Assembly (NCBI GenBank): GCA_965242965.1
Contig: OZ251518.1
Span: 2,528,001-2,592,000 of the forward strand
From: Candidatus Poribacteria bacterium
GTDB lineage: Bacteria > Poribacteria > WGA-4E > WGA-3G
DNA length: 64,000 nt
Direction of reading: 5' to 3'
The notes under the pieces: model-generated
Seen by the model: the letters and a program-made list of their open reading frames with translations, nothing else
Told to the model about the DNA's origin: nothing
The model's database searches: none
Shown: positions 47,782 through 57,242 of the stretch, piece after piece
Layout: the number at the start of each line of letters is the position of its first letter
Numbering within the stretch: the stretch's first letter is position 1
Position numbers and translations under genes: made by a program

Positions 47782-48855
47782 CTAAAGAATCAGCATGGCA
47801 TCGCCATAGCTGTAAAACCGGTAATTCTCTCGGAGTGCCTCCTGATATGCAGCGCGAATCAGTTCGACATCGGCGAAAGCACTCACTAGCATCAGCAAAG
47901 TCGATTTCGGTAGATGGAAGTTGGTAATCAACGCATCTACCACGTTGAATTGATGACCGGGATAGATAAAGAGTTCACTATCCCCGTGATAAGGGGTGAC
48001 GGTGCCTGTCCTTCCAGCCGTTTCCAGCGCGCGCACCACCGTTGTGCCGACAGCGACGATTTTCTGCCCGGCTTCCCGTGCATCGCGAAGTTGCGCCGCC
48101 GCTGCTGCAGAGAGATGGATAGACTCGGCGTGCATCTCGTGGGTGGCAATATCTTCCACCTTCACTGGTTGAAAAGTCCCGATGCCGACGTGCAGCGTCA
48201 GCGCGGCGGTTTCTATCCCGTTTGCTCGCAATTTCTCCAGCAATCCCTGCGTGAAGTGTAAACCGGCAGTCGGCGCGGCAATTGCCCCCTCGGCTTCGGC
48301 GTAAACGCATTGATAACGCGTTACATCTTCCGCAGTCGGCGCGCGTTTGATATAGGGCGGCAGCGGCACCTGTCCGACTCGCGCCAAAACGTTTGCAAAA
48401 TCACCCTTGTAGTAGAAACGGACGTGACAGCGTCCATCTGTCTGGACTTCAATCACCTTGGCGAGGAGTTCTCCATCGCCGAATGAAACCTGGGTGCCCA
48501 CCTTGAGGTTGCGTTGCGGTTTCGCAAGCACATCCCAAGTAACGGAGTTACAAACCCCACCTACGGCCGCGGTTTTCAACGGCGCATCAGCGGGTGTTTC
48601 ACGGACGAGCAGGAATTCAATTTTCCCCCCTGTCCCCAGTTTTTTTCCGATGAGCCGAGCCGGCATCACCTTCGTGTCGTTCAGCACGAGCATCGCGTGC
48701 GCCGGCAGGAATTCCCCAATCTGTGAAAACCGGGTGTGATGAAACGTGCGCGCGGCTCTGTCAATCACCATGAGCCGCGAACCGTCGCGCCGCTGACAGG
48801 GGAACTGCGCAATGCTGTTTGCCGGCAAATGATAATCAAAATCTGTGAGTTTCAT
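47782..48855 (-). CDS. queA: S-adenosylmethionine:tRNA ribosyltransferase-isomerase
   Basis: DFDYHLP, PLPPYI, AAPTAGLHF, NFHLPKS, FYSYGDAM. Confidence 0.97.
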   Translation of the reverse strand: MKLTDFDYHLPANSIAQFPCQRRDGSRLMVIDRAARTFHHTRFSQIGEFLPAHAMLVLNDTKVMPARLIGKKLGTGGKIEFLLVRETPADAPLKTAAVGGVCNSVTWDVLAKPQRNLKVGTQVSFGDGELLAKVIEVQTDGRCHVRFYYKGDFANVLARVGQVPLPPYIKRAPTAEDVTRYQCVYAEAEGAIAAPTAGLHFTQGLLEKLRANGIETAALTLHVGIGTFQPVKVEDIATHEMHAESIHLSAAAAAQLRDAREAGQKIVAVGTTVVRALETAGRTGTVTPYHGDSELFIYPGHQFNVVDALITNFHLPKSTLLMLVSAFADVELIRAAYQEALRENYRFYSYGDAMLIL

Positions 48856-48856
48856 C

Positions 48857-49882
48857 TTAATAGAAAAGCGATGCCTGCTTGCCGATAGGGTAGCCGAAGT
48901 ATTCAAAGGCGGCATCTGTGGCGACGCGCCCCCCCGGTGTCAGCATCAACAACCCCTCTTTGATATAGTAAGGTTCGTAAACTTCGGAGACGGTGCGTTC
49001 GTCTTCACTGAGTGCGACAGCGAGTGCCTTCAGTCCCGCGCGCCCGTTGAATTTCTCAATAAGCGTTCGGAAGTAGGCGTAATCCTGTGCGTCTAACCCG
49101 CGTTCATCAATGCCGAAAAATTCGAGTGCTTCCTCCGCAACTTCCAACGTGAGCGTGCCATCGCCCTTCACTTCGGCGTAATCTCTCACGTTCGCCAGCA
49201 ACTTATTGGCAATGCGCATTGTGCCTCGCGCCCGGCGGGCCAAGGCGTATTCCGCCTCTTCTGCTATCTCAATGTTGAGTTTCGCGCTGTTGATGCGAAT
49301 CGCCTGCTGGATGTCCGCCGGTTCATAATAGTTGAGATGGATGCGGATACCAAACCTATCGCGAAACGGGCCGGCGAGCAGGCCCTCGCGCGTCGTCGCA
49401 CCGACAAGCGTGAAATGCGCGATGGATATCTGCACGACATCCGAAGCAGGGCCTTGCCCAATCGCCAAATCAAGCTGGTAGTCTTCCATCGCCGGGTAAA
49501 GCGATTCTTGGACATACCCCTTCATGCGGTGGATCTCGTCAATGAACAGCACGTCGCCTTTTGTCAGGTTTGACAGCGTTGAAACCAGGTCAAGTTTTTC
49601 CATGACGGGCCCGATTGCCTGCTTAAAGTTACTCTCGATTTCATTGGAGATAATTTTCGCTAGCGTTGTCTTACCGAGCCCCGGTGGGCTGACAAGGAGC
49701 ACATGTTCCAGCGCATCGCCGCGCCTTTTAGCGGCTTCGATGTGGATACGGAGCTGCTCCTTTGCCTTCTCCTGCCCGATAAATTCGCTCAGCGTTTCGG
49801 GCCGGAGGCTATATTCAAAGCCTTCGTCTTCAACGGTTAACTCTTGCATCCGAGAAGTCGCGGGTGTGTCGTGGTTCGCCAT
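48857..49882 (-). CDS. ruvB: Holliday junction helicase RuvB
   Basis: LRP, PPGLGKTT, FIDEIHR, GATTR, RDRFG. Confidence 0.97.
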   Translation of the reverse strand: MANHDTPATSRMQELTVEDEGFEYSLRPETLSEFIGQEKAKEQLRIHIEAAKRRGDALEHVLLVSPPGLGKTTLAKIISNEIESNFKQAIGPVMEKLDLVSTLSNLTKGDVLFIDEIHRMKGYVQESLYPAMEDYQLDLAIGQGPASDVVQISIAHFTLVGATTREGLLAGPFRDRFGIRIHLNYYEPADIQQAIRINSAKLNIEIAEEAEYALARRARGTMRIANKLLANVRDYAEVKGDGTLTLEVAEEALEFFGIDERGLDAQDYAYFRTLIEKFNGRAGLKALAVALSEDERTVSEVYEPYYIKEGLLMLTPGGRVATDAAFEYFGYPIGKQASLFY

Positions 49883-49902
49883 TCTTGCTTACCTGCTACG
49901 AA

Positions 49903-50499
49903 TTAGTTCCGGATATAGCTGAGTGCCTGCTTCACCAAATTTTCGCGCTGTGCCGATTCACCGATAACCTTCTGTGCCTTTTCGACGGCTTGTTCAGCAT
50001 CCAATTCCGATGCGCCCAGATTGACGAGGATTTTGACTACCTGTGTATCTACCGCACCGGCGCGACTCAGTTCTACCTCAGTCTCGAATTTCACCTTCCC
50101 AATCTGCTTTTTGAGTTTCATGATGATGAGCTGCGCGTTCTCTTTGCCCAACCGCGGCACCCGCATCAGCGTCGTTGTATCGCCTTGATGGACGGCGCGT
50201 TGGAATTGCGACGGTGTCAACTTAGCGACGATGTTTTGCGCCAGCGTCGGCCCCACACCTTTCACTTTCAGTGCCATTTCAAAGACTTTCAGTGCGTCTC
50301 GGGAAGTGAACCCGTAAAGGGTGATGTCATTTTCGCGGTTTTGGTAATAGTGCGTGTAAAAGGTCACCGGTTCGCCCACCGGCGGTAAATCGCCCCCGGT
50401 CTTCGGTGGAATATCCACGGCATACCCGATGCCTTGGACATCAACGACGACCTGTTTTGTGTCTTTGTGGGCGACAGTCCCTTTGACGTAAGCGATCAT
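49903..50499 (-). CDS. ruvA: Holliday junction protein RuvA
   Basis: MIAYVKG, GIGY, LYGF, VKGVGP. Confidence 0.95.
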   Translation of the reverse strand: MIAYVKGTVAHKDTKQVVVDVQGIGYAVDIPPKTGGDLPPVGEPVTFYTHYYQNRENDITLYGFTSRDALKVFEMALKVKGVGPTLAQNIVAKLTPSQFQRAVHQGDTTTLMRVPRLGKENAQLIIMKLKKQIGKVKFETEVELSRAGAVDTQVVKILVNLGASELDAEQAVEKAQKVIGESAQRENLVKQALSYIRN

Positions 50500-50660
50500 G
50501 TTTTGGTTATCCTTTGGCATGGCGAGGGACAAGTTTCCCGCGCCTTACGGTGAAGGGGCCTGTTTTTTCCCGTAGCGCGGGGGCCCTCGGATGCCATACG
50601 CGCATCCGAGAGGGTTTCCCCCGCGATCGCTGCATGGCGAGGGACAGGCCCTCGCATGTT

Positions 50661-51158
50661 TCATCGGTATCTCTCGCGCAGTTCAAGCACTTTATAGGAG
50701 CGCGCGTGGCAAATCGCGACAGCCAGTGCGTCAGCGGCGTGGTCTGGGCGTGGCACCTGCTTAAGGCGCAACCTCTCCTGCACCAGCCGTTGCATCTGGG
50801 TTTTCGGGGCTCGTCCGAAGCCGGTTATCGCTTGTTTGATCTGGGAAGGCGTATACGTTTCAACGTGACACTCGGCGTTCGCCGCTGCCAGTTTCACGAT
50901 CCCCTTCACCTCACCGACTGCGAACGCGCTGCTGACATTTTTGTTGAAGAAGATATCCTCAAGGACGACGGCATCAACAGCGAATTCCGTAATGAGGCGC
51001 GCGACTTCATCGTGAATCTGTTTCAGACGCGTTTCAGACGAGGTCTGCGCGCTCGTCCGGATGTTTCCGTAATCGTGCGCGGTGACACGGTTCGCTTGCG
51101 ATTCGACTACGCCGTATCCCGTATTCGCAATGCCCGGGTCGATACCAAGAATAATCAA
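50661..51158 (-). CDS. ruvC: Crossover junction endodeoxyribonuclease RuvC
   Basis: ILGIDPG, DHAADALAVAICH. Confidence 0.97.
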   Translation of the reverse strand: MIILGIDPGIANTGYGVVESQANRVTAHDYGNIRTSAQTSSETRLKQIHDEVARLITEFAVDAVVLEDIFFNKNVSSAFAVGEVKGIVKLAAANAECHVETYTPSQIKQAITGFGRAPKTQMQRLVQERLRLKQVPRPDHAADALAVAICHARSYKVLELRERYR

Positions 51159-51182
51159 CGGTTTTGCGTCGCGATGCGCCAG

Positions 51183-51929
51183 TTAGGCGGCGGCCTCCAA
51201 TAGGACATCGGGGATGTCAAAGTTAGCGTAGACCTTTTGCACGTCTTCAAGTTCATCGAGAGCCACCATGAGCCGGAGCATCCGTTCCGCTTCTTTACCG
51301 TCGAGTTTCACGGTATTCTGCGGAATCATGCTGATTTCAGCGAGTTGGATGTCTGCGTCTGTCTCCTGAATGGCGGTTAAGACGTTGTCGAACCTGTCAA
51401 AAGGTGTGATGATTTCAGTGCCTGTTTCGGCGGGTGCGATGTCATCTGCGCCTGCGTCCGCAGCAATCATGAAGAGTTCGTCCTCATCGATGCTATCCGG
51501 GTTGACGACGATGAGCCCGCATTTGTCAAACCCCCATGCGACGCTGCCGCGTTCGCCCATCCGTCCTTCATGTTTGCCGAGGGCGTGCCGGATTGCGGCG
51601 ACTGCGCGATTGCGGTTGTCTGTCAACACCTCAATCATGAGCGCGACACCCCCGGGACCGTATCCTTCGTAGAGGATTTCTTCATATTGAACGCCGGCGA
51701 GCTCGCCGGTGCCGCGGAGGATTGCCTTCTCAATATTGTCGTTCGGCACGTTGCTGGATTTCGCCGCTGCGATAGCGGTGCGGAGGCGGGGATTCATGCT
51801 CACATCGCCGCCGCCGATGCGCGCCGCCGCGGTAATCTCCTTCACCAATTTTGAGAAGAGTTTTCCGCGCCGAGAATCGTTCGCCGCTTTCTTATGTTTA
51901 ATTGTAGACCATTTTGAGTGTCCTGACAT
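51183..51929 (-). CDS. yebC: YebC/PmpR family protein
   Basis: MSGHSKWSTIKHKK, YEGYGPGG, TDNRNR, DVQKVY. Confidence 0.97.
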   Translation of the reverse strand: MSGHSKWSTIKHKKAANDSRRGKLFSKLVKEITAAARIGGGDVSMNPRLRTAIAAAKSSNVPNDNIEKAILRGTGELAGVQYEEILYEGYGPGGVALMIEVLTDNRNRAVAAIRHALGKHEGRMGERGSVAWGFDKCGLIVVNPDSIDEDELFMIAADAGADDIAPAETGTEIITPFDRFDNVLTAIQETDADIQLAEISMIPQNTVKLDGKEAERMLRLMVALDELEDVQKVYANFDIPDVLLEAAA

Positions 51930-52067
51930 AATATGTTCCTTCCTGAATTATGGGTTTCAAGCGCGACTGGGAATCGCGGCTTTAAAATAGTATAGCATAA
52001 TTAAGAAAAAAATGCACAAAAAAATGCAACGAAAATTTCCCTCGTAAAAATTAGCATCGGCAGTATC

Positions 52068-53018
52068 CTAGATTCTGCCGTTTTCCTCAAGCATCGTGAC
52101 GGTTTGGGTTGCCGCCTTCCTTGCGGCTTCATTCGCGATGCGCTCACTTTCCGCGCGTGCAGTCTGGGCTGCGACGCGTTTGCTTTCTTTAGTTGCGCGT
52201 TTTGCTACTTCGTGTGCGGCTTCGTGTGCGGCTTCGCTGGCGATGCGCTCGCTTTCGCGCGTCGCTTGCGCGGCGATTTCACTCGCAACTTGCTTGGCTA
52301 CCTCACTCGCGGCTTGCACAGCGACTTCACGTGCGATGCGTTCGTTTTCCTTCATCGCTTCATGGACGACGTGCTCAACTTTATTCGTGGTCTGCACGGC
52401 AATTTCAGAAGCAATCTCTTTTGCGACTTCGCGTGCGGCTTCGCGGGCGATGCGCTCGTGTTTCGACATCGCCGCGTCAACACTGCGCCGGTTCTCAGCG
52501 GTTGCCTCGCTGACGATGCGTTCAGTCTCCTTTGTCATCTGCGCGGCGATTTCGCTCGCAACCTGTTTCGCGACTTCACGTGCGGCTTCGCGTGCAATCC
52601 GCTCGTGTTTCTCTAGTGATTCGTCTAGAGCGCGTTGATTTTCGGCTGCCGCCTCTTCCGAAATACGCTCGCTTTCGGCGATTGTTGCGTTGAGCCTCCG
52701 CTCCTGTTTTTCCATCGCTTTGTCGACAATTTCCCGAACTTCCACGAGCAGTTCGCGTCGAAATAAATCCGCCTCCTGCCGCCATAAAGTTACCTGTTCG
52801 GATAGCGTGTCGAATTTATCGGATAGGTTATGATATGAGTTGTCATGTTTTTCAGCCATGTTCCGCTGAGCGTTCTCAATCCGTGTCAAGCGATTCGCCG
52901 ACTCGTCATCGTGCTTCTTGCGGCTCCACAGCCAGACGATGAGCACTCCAATCCCAGTCGCAATCAGCGACGCGATAACCGGGATTATCAGATTAGTAAT
53001 TATCGGGTTAGAAAGCAT
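52068..53018 (-). CDS. Membrane-anchored repetitive coiled-coil protein
   Basis: AAGGAG RBS, N-terminal TM helix, repeated ERIAREAAREVAK motifs; the ORF-track extension is repeat DNA. Confidence 0.8.
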   Translation of the reverse strand: MLSNPIITNLIIPVIASLIATGIGVLIVWLWSRKKHDDESANRLTRIENAQRNMAEKHDNSYHNLSDKFDTLSEQVTLWRQEADLFRRELLVEVREIVDKAMEKQERRLNATIAESERISEEAAAENQRALDESLEKHERIAREAAREVAKQVASEIAAQMTKETERIVSEATAENRRSVDAAMSKHERIAREAAREVAKEIASEIAVQTTNKVEHVVHEAMKENERIAREVAVQAASEVAKQVASEIAAQATRESERIASEAAHEAAHEVAKRATKESKRVAAQTARAESERIANEAARKAATQTVTMLEENGRI

Positions 53019-53049
53019 ACTCACTTCTCCTTTGCAATTGAACTTAACT

Positions 53050-53540
53050 GAGGGTGTTTCATATCTCGATGCCTTCCCGGTAGGAGAGACCTCCCGGCCT
53101 CGATGCAATACCGTAGGCGCGCCCTCCTGGTCTCGATGTTCCCGTAGCGCGGGGGCCTGTCCCCCGCGATCGTTGGAGTGCGCGTGCATGAACGATGGCG
53201 AGGGACAGGCCCTCGCCCTACGGTGAGGGAGTGGCGTTTTTTTCATCGTAGGGCGGGGCCCTCGGATGCCATACGCGCATGCGAGCGGATTTCCCCCGCG
53301 AGCTCCATCGTCCCGATGTGTGTTTCCCCATCTGTAGTTTGTGATCGCCTGATCACAAACAGGTCAGGATCAGGCGATCCTGACCTACAGGGGTGAGGAG
53401 ATCTGGTAGCAAAACGCTGGCGAGGGCCTGTCCCTCGCCCTACGATGAAGGAAGGCTTTCTGCCGCGGCCCCGGGAGGCGCGCCGCCCTATTGCATCGAG
53501 ACCAGGAGGTCTCTCCTACGGGGACTTATGAAACACTCTC
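53050..53540. mobile_element. MITE-like element (491 bp) with REP-like cargo
   Basis: TTAA-CT-GAGGGTGTTTCATA ... TATGAAACACTCTC-AC-TTAA. Confidence 0.75.
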
Positions 53541-53739
53541 ACTTAACAGAAGTATAACATGAAAAGTCGCCGATGTCAAGTCAAAAAGTTTTTGTTGACG
53601 AAACCTCTTGACATGTGGTAAAATAGTGACATTGAACGTCTGAGGAGTCTTTTTGTTTGAGAATTCGCGCTAGATGCTCCGGGTAGACATACCTACCGGG
53701 AAAGAATGCGCGCGTCCTAACCCTGGTGAGTGAAATGCT

Positions 53740-54557
53740 ATGTTACCTTTTGTCCTGAAATTCGCAGATAGTCAGGTGGAAAATATTCAGTTGATGAACG
53801 CCGAGAGCCAAATAGCGCAGGAAGCGGCGCGGTTCCGCCGCACATTGAGGTTGATGTCCAGATCCCGCTCTATTCGCGCGAGATTAACGGTGCGCAGACA
53901 GCGCAGCAGATCTTGCGAGAAGCCATTGAAAGCGCGTATCAGGAATTCATTGGCTTCCTCCGCACCGTTGCGCATCCTGTGCAATTTCTGCCGTTCGGCT
54001 TGCTGCAGCAATTTTCTACCCGCAACTACTGTTTGATTCTGTCTCCGGCGCGCGCGCGCGAACTGTTTGAAATCTGCCAGATGCAACCTGATGCGAGGCA
54101 CACCGTCCTGCAATATGGCGGCTATGAACTTACCATCATCGCCAGACAGCAGCTAGGTGACACAATCGGCTTTTTGGTAGAACCGAAGAAACACGCGCTC
54201 TTTATCCATCAGGAGCGCGAGGAAGGCACGATTCGCTTCTATCGCAGCAGTTTCATGCATCTGACGCGGGCGGCACCGCCGGCGTTCAGTCTGGATGCGC
54301 GCGAAATTATCCAGAACGTCCGACTGGAACTCGTCGGACAGACTGAGCGCGCGATGCCGATAGAGCAGCTGCTCATGTTCCCTCCGGGTGCTGAAGAGGT
54401 GTCTGAAGCACGTATTACCGCTTGTCCGGAGTGTGGTGGGCGCGTCAAACCTCTCGGCAGAGAGGGGCATTTCTGTTTATACTGCGACTGGGATGATTTG
54501 CCGGTGAATTTCCCGAAGGGGACGGTGCATAAACGGCTTTCTGCTTTAGATGGGTGA
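53740..54557 (+). CDS. Hypothetical protein with C-terminal zinc ribbon; 5' end uncertain, possibly frameshifted
   Basis: CPECGG...CLYCDW; the main frame is open from 53772 with no ATG/GTG/TTG until 53913, while ATG 53740 is in another frame. Confidence 0.55.
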
Positions 54558-54589
54558 AGCCGCTCCCGTGAAAAAAAACGCTTTCCCTT

Positions 54590-54827
54590 CACGTAGGGCG
54601 AGGGCCCTCGCATGCCACACGCGCATGCGAGAGGGTTTCCCTCGCCAGCGTTTTGGTGCAAACCGCATCATCTTTATAGTTCAGGATCGCCTGATCCTGA
54701 CCCGTTCGGGAGCGGGTGCTCCCGAACTACAGAGGTGGGCCCGATGCGCGGCCCCCTCGCTTTTCTATCGGTAGTCGCTAGCCCCCAAGGGCGGATAAAT
54801 ACCGAAACGGAGATATGAAACACCCTC
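54590..54827. repeat. Repeat cluster ending in a TIR
   Basis: GTAG palindromes, then the reverse complement of the left end of the 41429 element, ending TATGAAACACCCTC-AA-TTAA. Confidence 0.8.
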
Positions 54828-54829
54828 AA

Positions 54830-55444
54830 TTAAGAATAAAGCCGCTCCTTGACGTAGAAGACGAGTGCGGTATTCCCCACTGCCAGCACCGCGCCGACAA
54901 CCGTCTGAAGCAGCGTGTGCCGTTGCCGGTAAACCCGTGCCCACGCAATGAACGGCACGAGTAGGAAGAGCCACCCACATTGCGAATCGACGAGGACGAC
55001 AAGCACCGTAATGCATCCTGTTGCGACGCTGCTGTGGAAACTAATCTTCCACATCGGCGTAATCGCGGAGAAGACGATGCTATTCGCAATGTAGGCGACA
55101 CCTGCCCAAATGATATGACGCTCGGCATCCAGCCAATACAGGATAACTGTCCCGACACTCATGCTTGCGAGTGTGAAGCAGAGCGGTGAGAGGCGTTCTT
55201 CCTTGCTATGCAGGTGCCAGTCGCTCACCTTTGAGAGCCGGAACAGAATCCCGATCCAGAGCATCGGTAGCACGGTAACGAATATCCCTAATATGGTTAG
55301 CCACAGCAGTGTGTCGCGCGAGGTAACGGCGTATTTTTCCACCACCACCACGGTTGTCGCAATCAGCACGAAAAAGGGACTGAAGACGAGGGAGATGCCC
55401 CATGCCATCCGGTCGCGAAATCCTGATAGAATGCTATGCGTCAT
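54830..55444 (-). CDS. PAP2-superfamily membrane protein
   Basis: KISFH and WARVYRQRHT motifs, ~6 TM helices. Confidence 0.8.
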   Translation of the reverse strand: MTHSILSGFRDRMAWGISLVFSPFFVLIATTVVVVEKYAVTSRDTLLWLTILGIFVTVLPMLWIGILFRLSKVSDWHLHSKEERLSPLCFTLASMSVGTVILYWLDAERHIIWAGVAYIANSIVFSAITPMWKISFHSSVATGCITVLVVLVDSQCGWLFLLVPFIAWARVYRQRHTLLQTVVGAVLAVGNTALVFYVKERLYS

Positions 55445-56505
55445 CAATCACTCGGCGTTTCCAACGTTTGTTCAAAGAAATCGACTAAGTCGGCACCGTG
55501 CGTGCCGGGGTTGACTTCCGTATCAATTTTCACAATCTTCCCGGTTTTGTCAATAATTACGGTTAACCGATTGACGCGGCCATCTGGTGCGTCCGTTGCG
55601 CCGTAAAGGAGCGCGAGATTGCGGTTCGTATCTAACAAAAGTGGGAAGTTGAGTTGATTCTCTTCCGAAAATTTCTGATGCGATTCGGCATCATTCAGCG
55701 TAATTCCGAACACCTGTGTATCGTGTGCGGCGAGACGACTCGACTCATCACGGAGCGAGCGAACTTGCATCGTTCAGCCACGTCCAAAATCGCGCGGATA
55801 AAACGCCAGTACGACGTTCTTTTTCCCTTGGAACGCGCTCAGTTGGTGCGTTTTTCCCTCGCCATCGGTTGCGATGAAATCGGGAGCCGGTTGCCCCACT
55901 TCAACTTTCGGTAACATTGTCTTCAATATCGCGGTGACATCTTCACCGTGCGTTTTGACATTGACTTTATCATCGATGGAACGGATGTAACCCGCTTTGT
56001 CAATGATAAAGGTAACCCGCTTTGACGCGTTAAACTCTGCCATGATACCGCTATAGACGCTGCTGACTTTCGCCGTCGGATCTGCCAGCAAGGGAAAGTT
56101 TAACTTCAGCGATTCCCGAAACCGCTGATGCGTTTCAATGGTATCAAGACTCACGCCGAAAACCACAGTGCCGGTCGCTTCTATCTCGCTCAAATTTTCC
56201 CGGAGCGAGTTAACTTGGGTTGTTCAGCCCCCGGTGAAATCTTTCGGGTAAAAGGCGAGAACGACGTTCTTTTTCCCCCAGAACTCGCTGAGCGTTCGCA
56301 TCGTCCCGGTCTCATCTGCCAGCGTAAAATCGGGAGCTATCATCCCAACTTCCAGGGATGGCGATGGCTCCGTTGCCGCTAATGCCTCTGAATTTTTCAC
56401 GTCATCCTCCGCGAAAACGGGGGGAGTCCAGAGTGCCGCGGCGAGCAGGATAGCACAACAAACGGCTAACAGCTGGAAACCCTTCCTCCAAAGTTTTTGA
56501 AACAT
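55444..56505 (-). CDS. Secreted tandem two-domain peroxiredoxin (BCP/PrxQ-like) with two putative selenocysteines
   Basis: Three track ORFs share one frame, separated by TGA at 56224-56226 (FYPKDFTGG-U-TTQ) and 55774-55776 (FYPRDFGRG-U-TMQ), the peroxidatic Cys position; signal peptide; GAGG RBS. Confidence 0.88.
55736..55761 (-). promoter_or_regulatory. Putative SECIS hairpin for the second UGA
   Basis: CG-CUCG-CUC-cgugau-GAG-u-CGAG-u-CG; core arm starts 14 nt after the UGA. Confidence 0.6.
56185..56209 (-). promoter_or_regulatory. Putative SECIS hairpin for the first UGA
   Basis: CUCGCUC-11 nt-GAGCGAG perfect stem starting 14 nt after the UGA. Confidence 0.6.
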
Positions 56506-56639
56506 TTCGGATACCTCAAAAAAATAGGTTAATTCTTGCAGTGCAAGACAAGTTTGGATTTTTACCACCATTATCTTAAAAAGAATTATACCATAAATCC
56601 GTGATATTGTCAAAACTTTTTTTAATTCCGGCATCTGAG

Positions 56640-57170
56640 AGCAGGATTTACAAGAGTATCACGATTCGCAAGAGAGGAGCAGGATTTACAAGATTTACAA
56701 GATTGGCAAGATGAGTCCGTAGCGCGGGGGCCTGTCCCCCGCGGTCGTTCACGTGTTCCAGTGACTGTAGTTCGGGAGCGCCCGCTCCCGAACGGGACAT
56801 GGAGAGGAGAACCCTTTTCTGGCCCGTAGCGCGGGGGCCTGTCCCCCGCGAGCGTTCGACCTGCGCGAAAACCGCACGCCAGTCAAAGCCGTTTTCCCGA
56901 CCGAGGCATGGCGAGGGACAGGCCCTCGCCCTACGGTAAACGGCACGCTTTTTTTAACCGTAGCGCGGGGGCCCTCGCCTGCCACACGCGCAGGCGAGCG
57001 GGTTTCCCCCGCGATCATACCCGTGAAAAACATCTCCTCAGAAGCTCTGCAGCGGTTTATCTCTGTAGGACAAGAGCACCTGCTCTGGATCCGTTCGGGA
57101 GCAGGCGCTCCCGAACTACAGATGTCGGCAGGTCGTGCGATCGCGGGGGACAGGCCCCCGCGATACGGGC
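56640..57170. repeat. Mosaic repeat cluster
   Basis: GAGCAGGATTTACAAGA units plus GTAG palindromes. Confidence 0.9.
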
Positions 57171-57242
57171 CAGGACGAAAAAACGCGCGGGCGGCAACTT
57201 AATAGGCCACCGCCCGCGCAAGATATGAAACAATACGCGACA

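Noticed and set aside
53626-53770. 6S RNA or a known riboswitch
   Set aside because: Only one convincing hairpin; no recognisable consensus or long closing stem could be verified by eye
55444-56505. Peroxiredoxin pseudogene, or genome-wide UGA recoding
   Set aside because: Both TGAs fall exactly on the catalytic residue with matching hairpins, and TGA is a normal stop for other genes such as the MotB-like gene and ruvC
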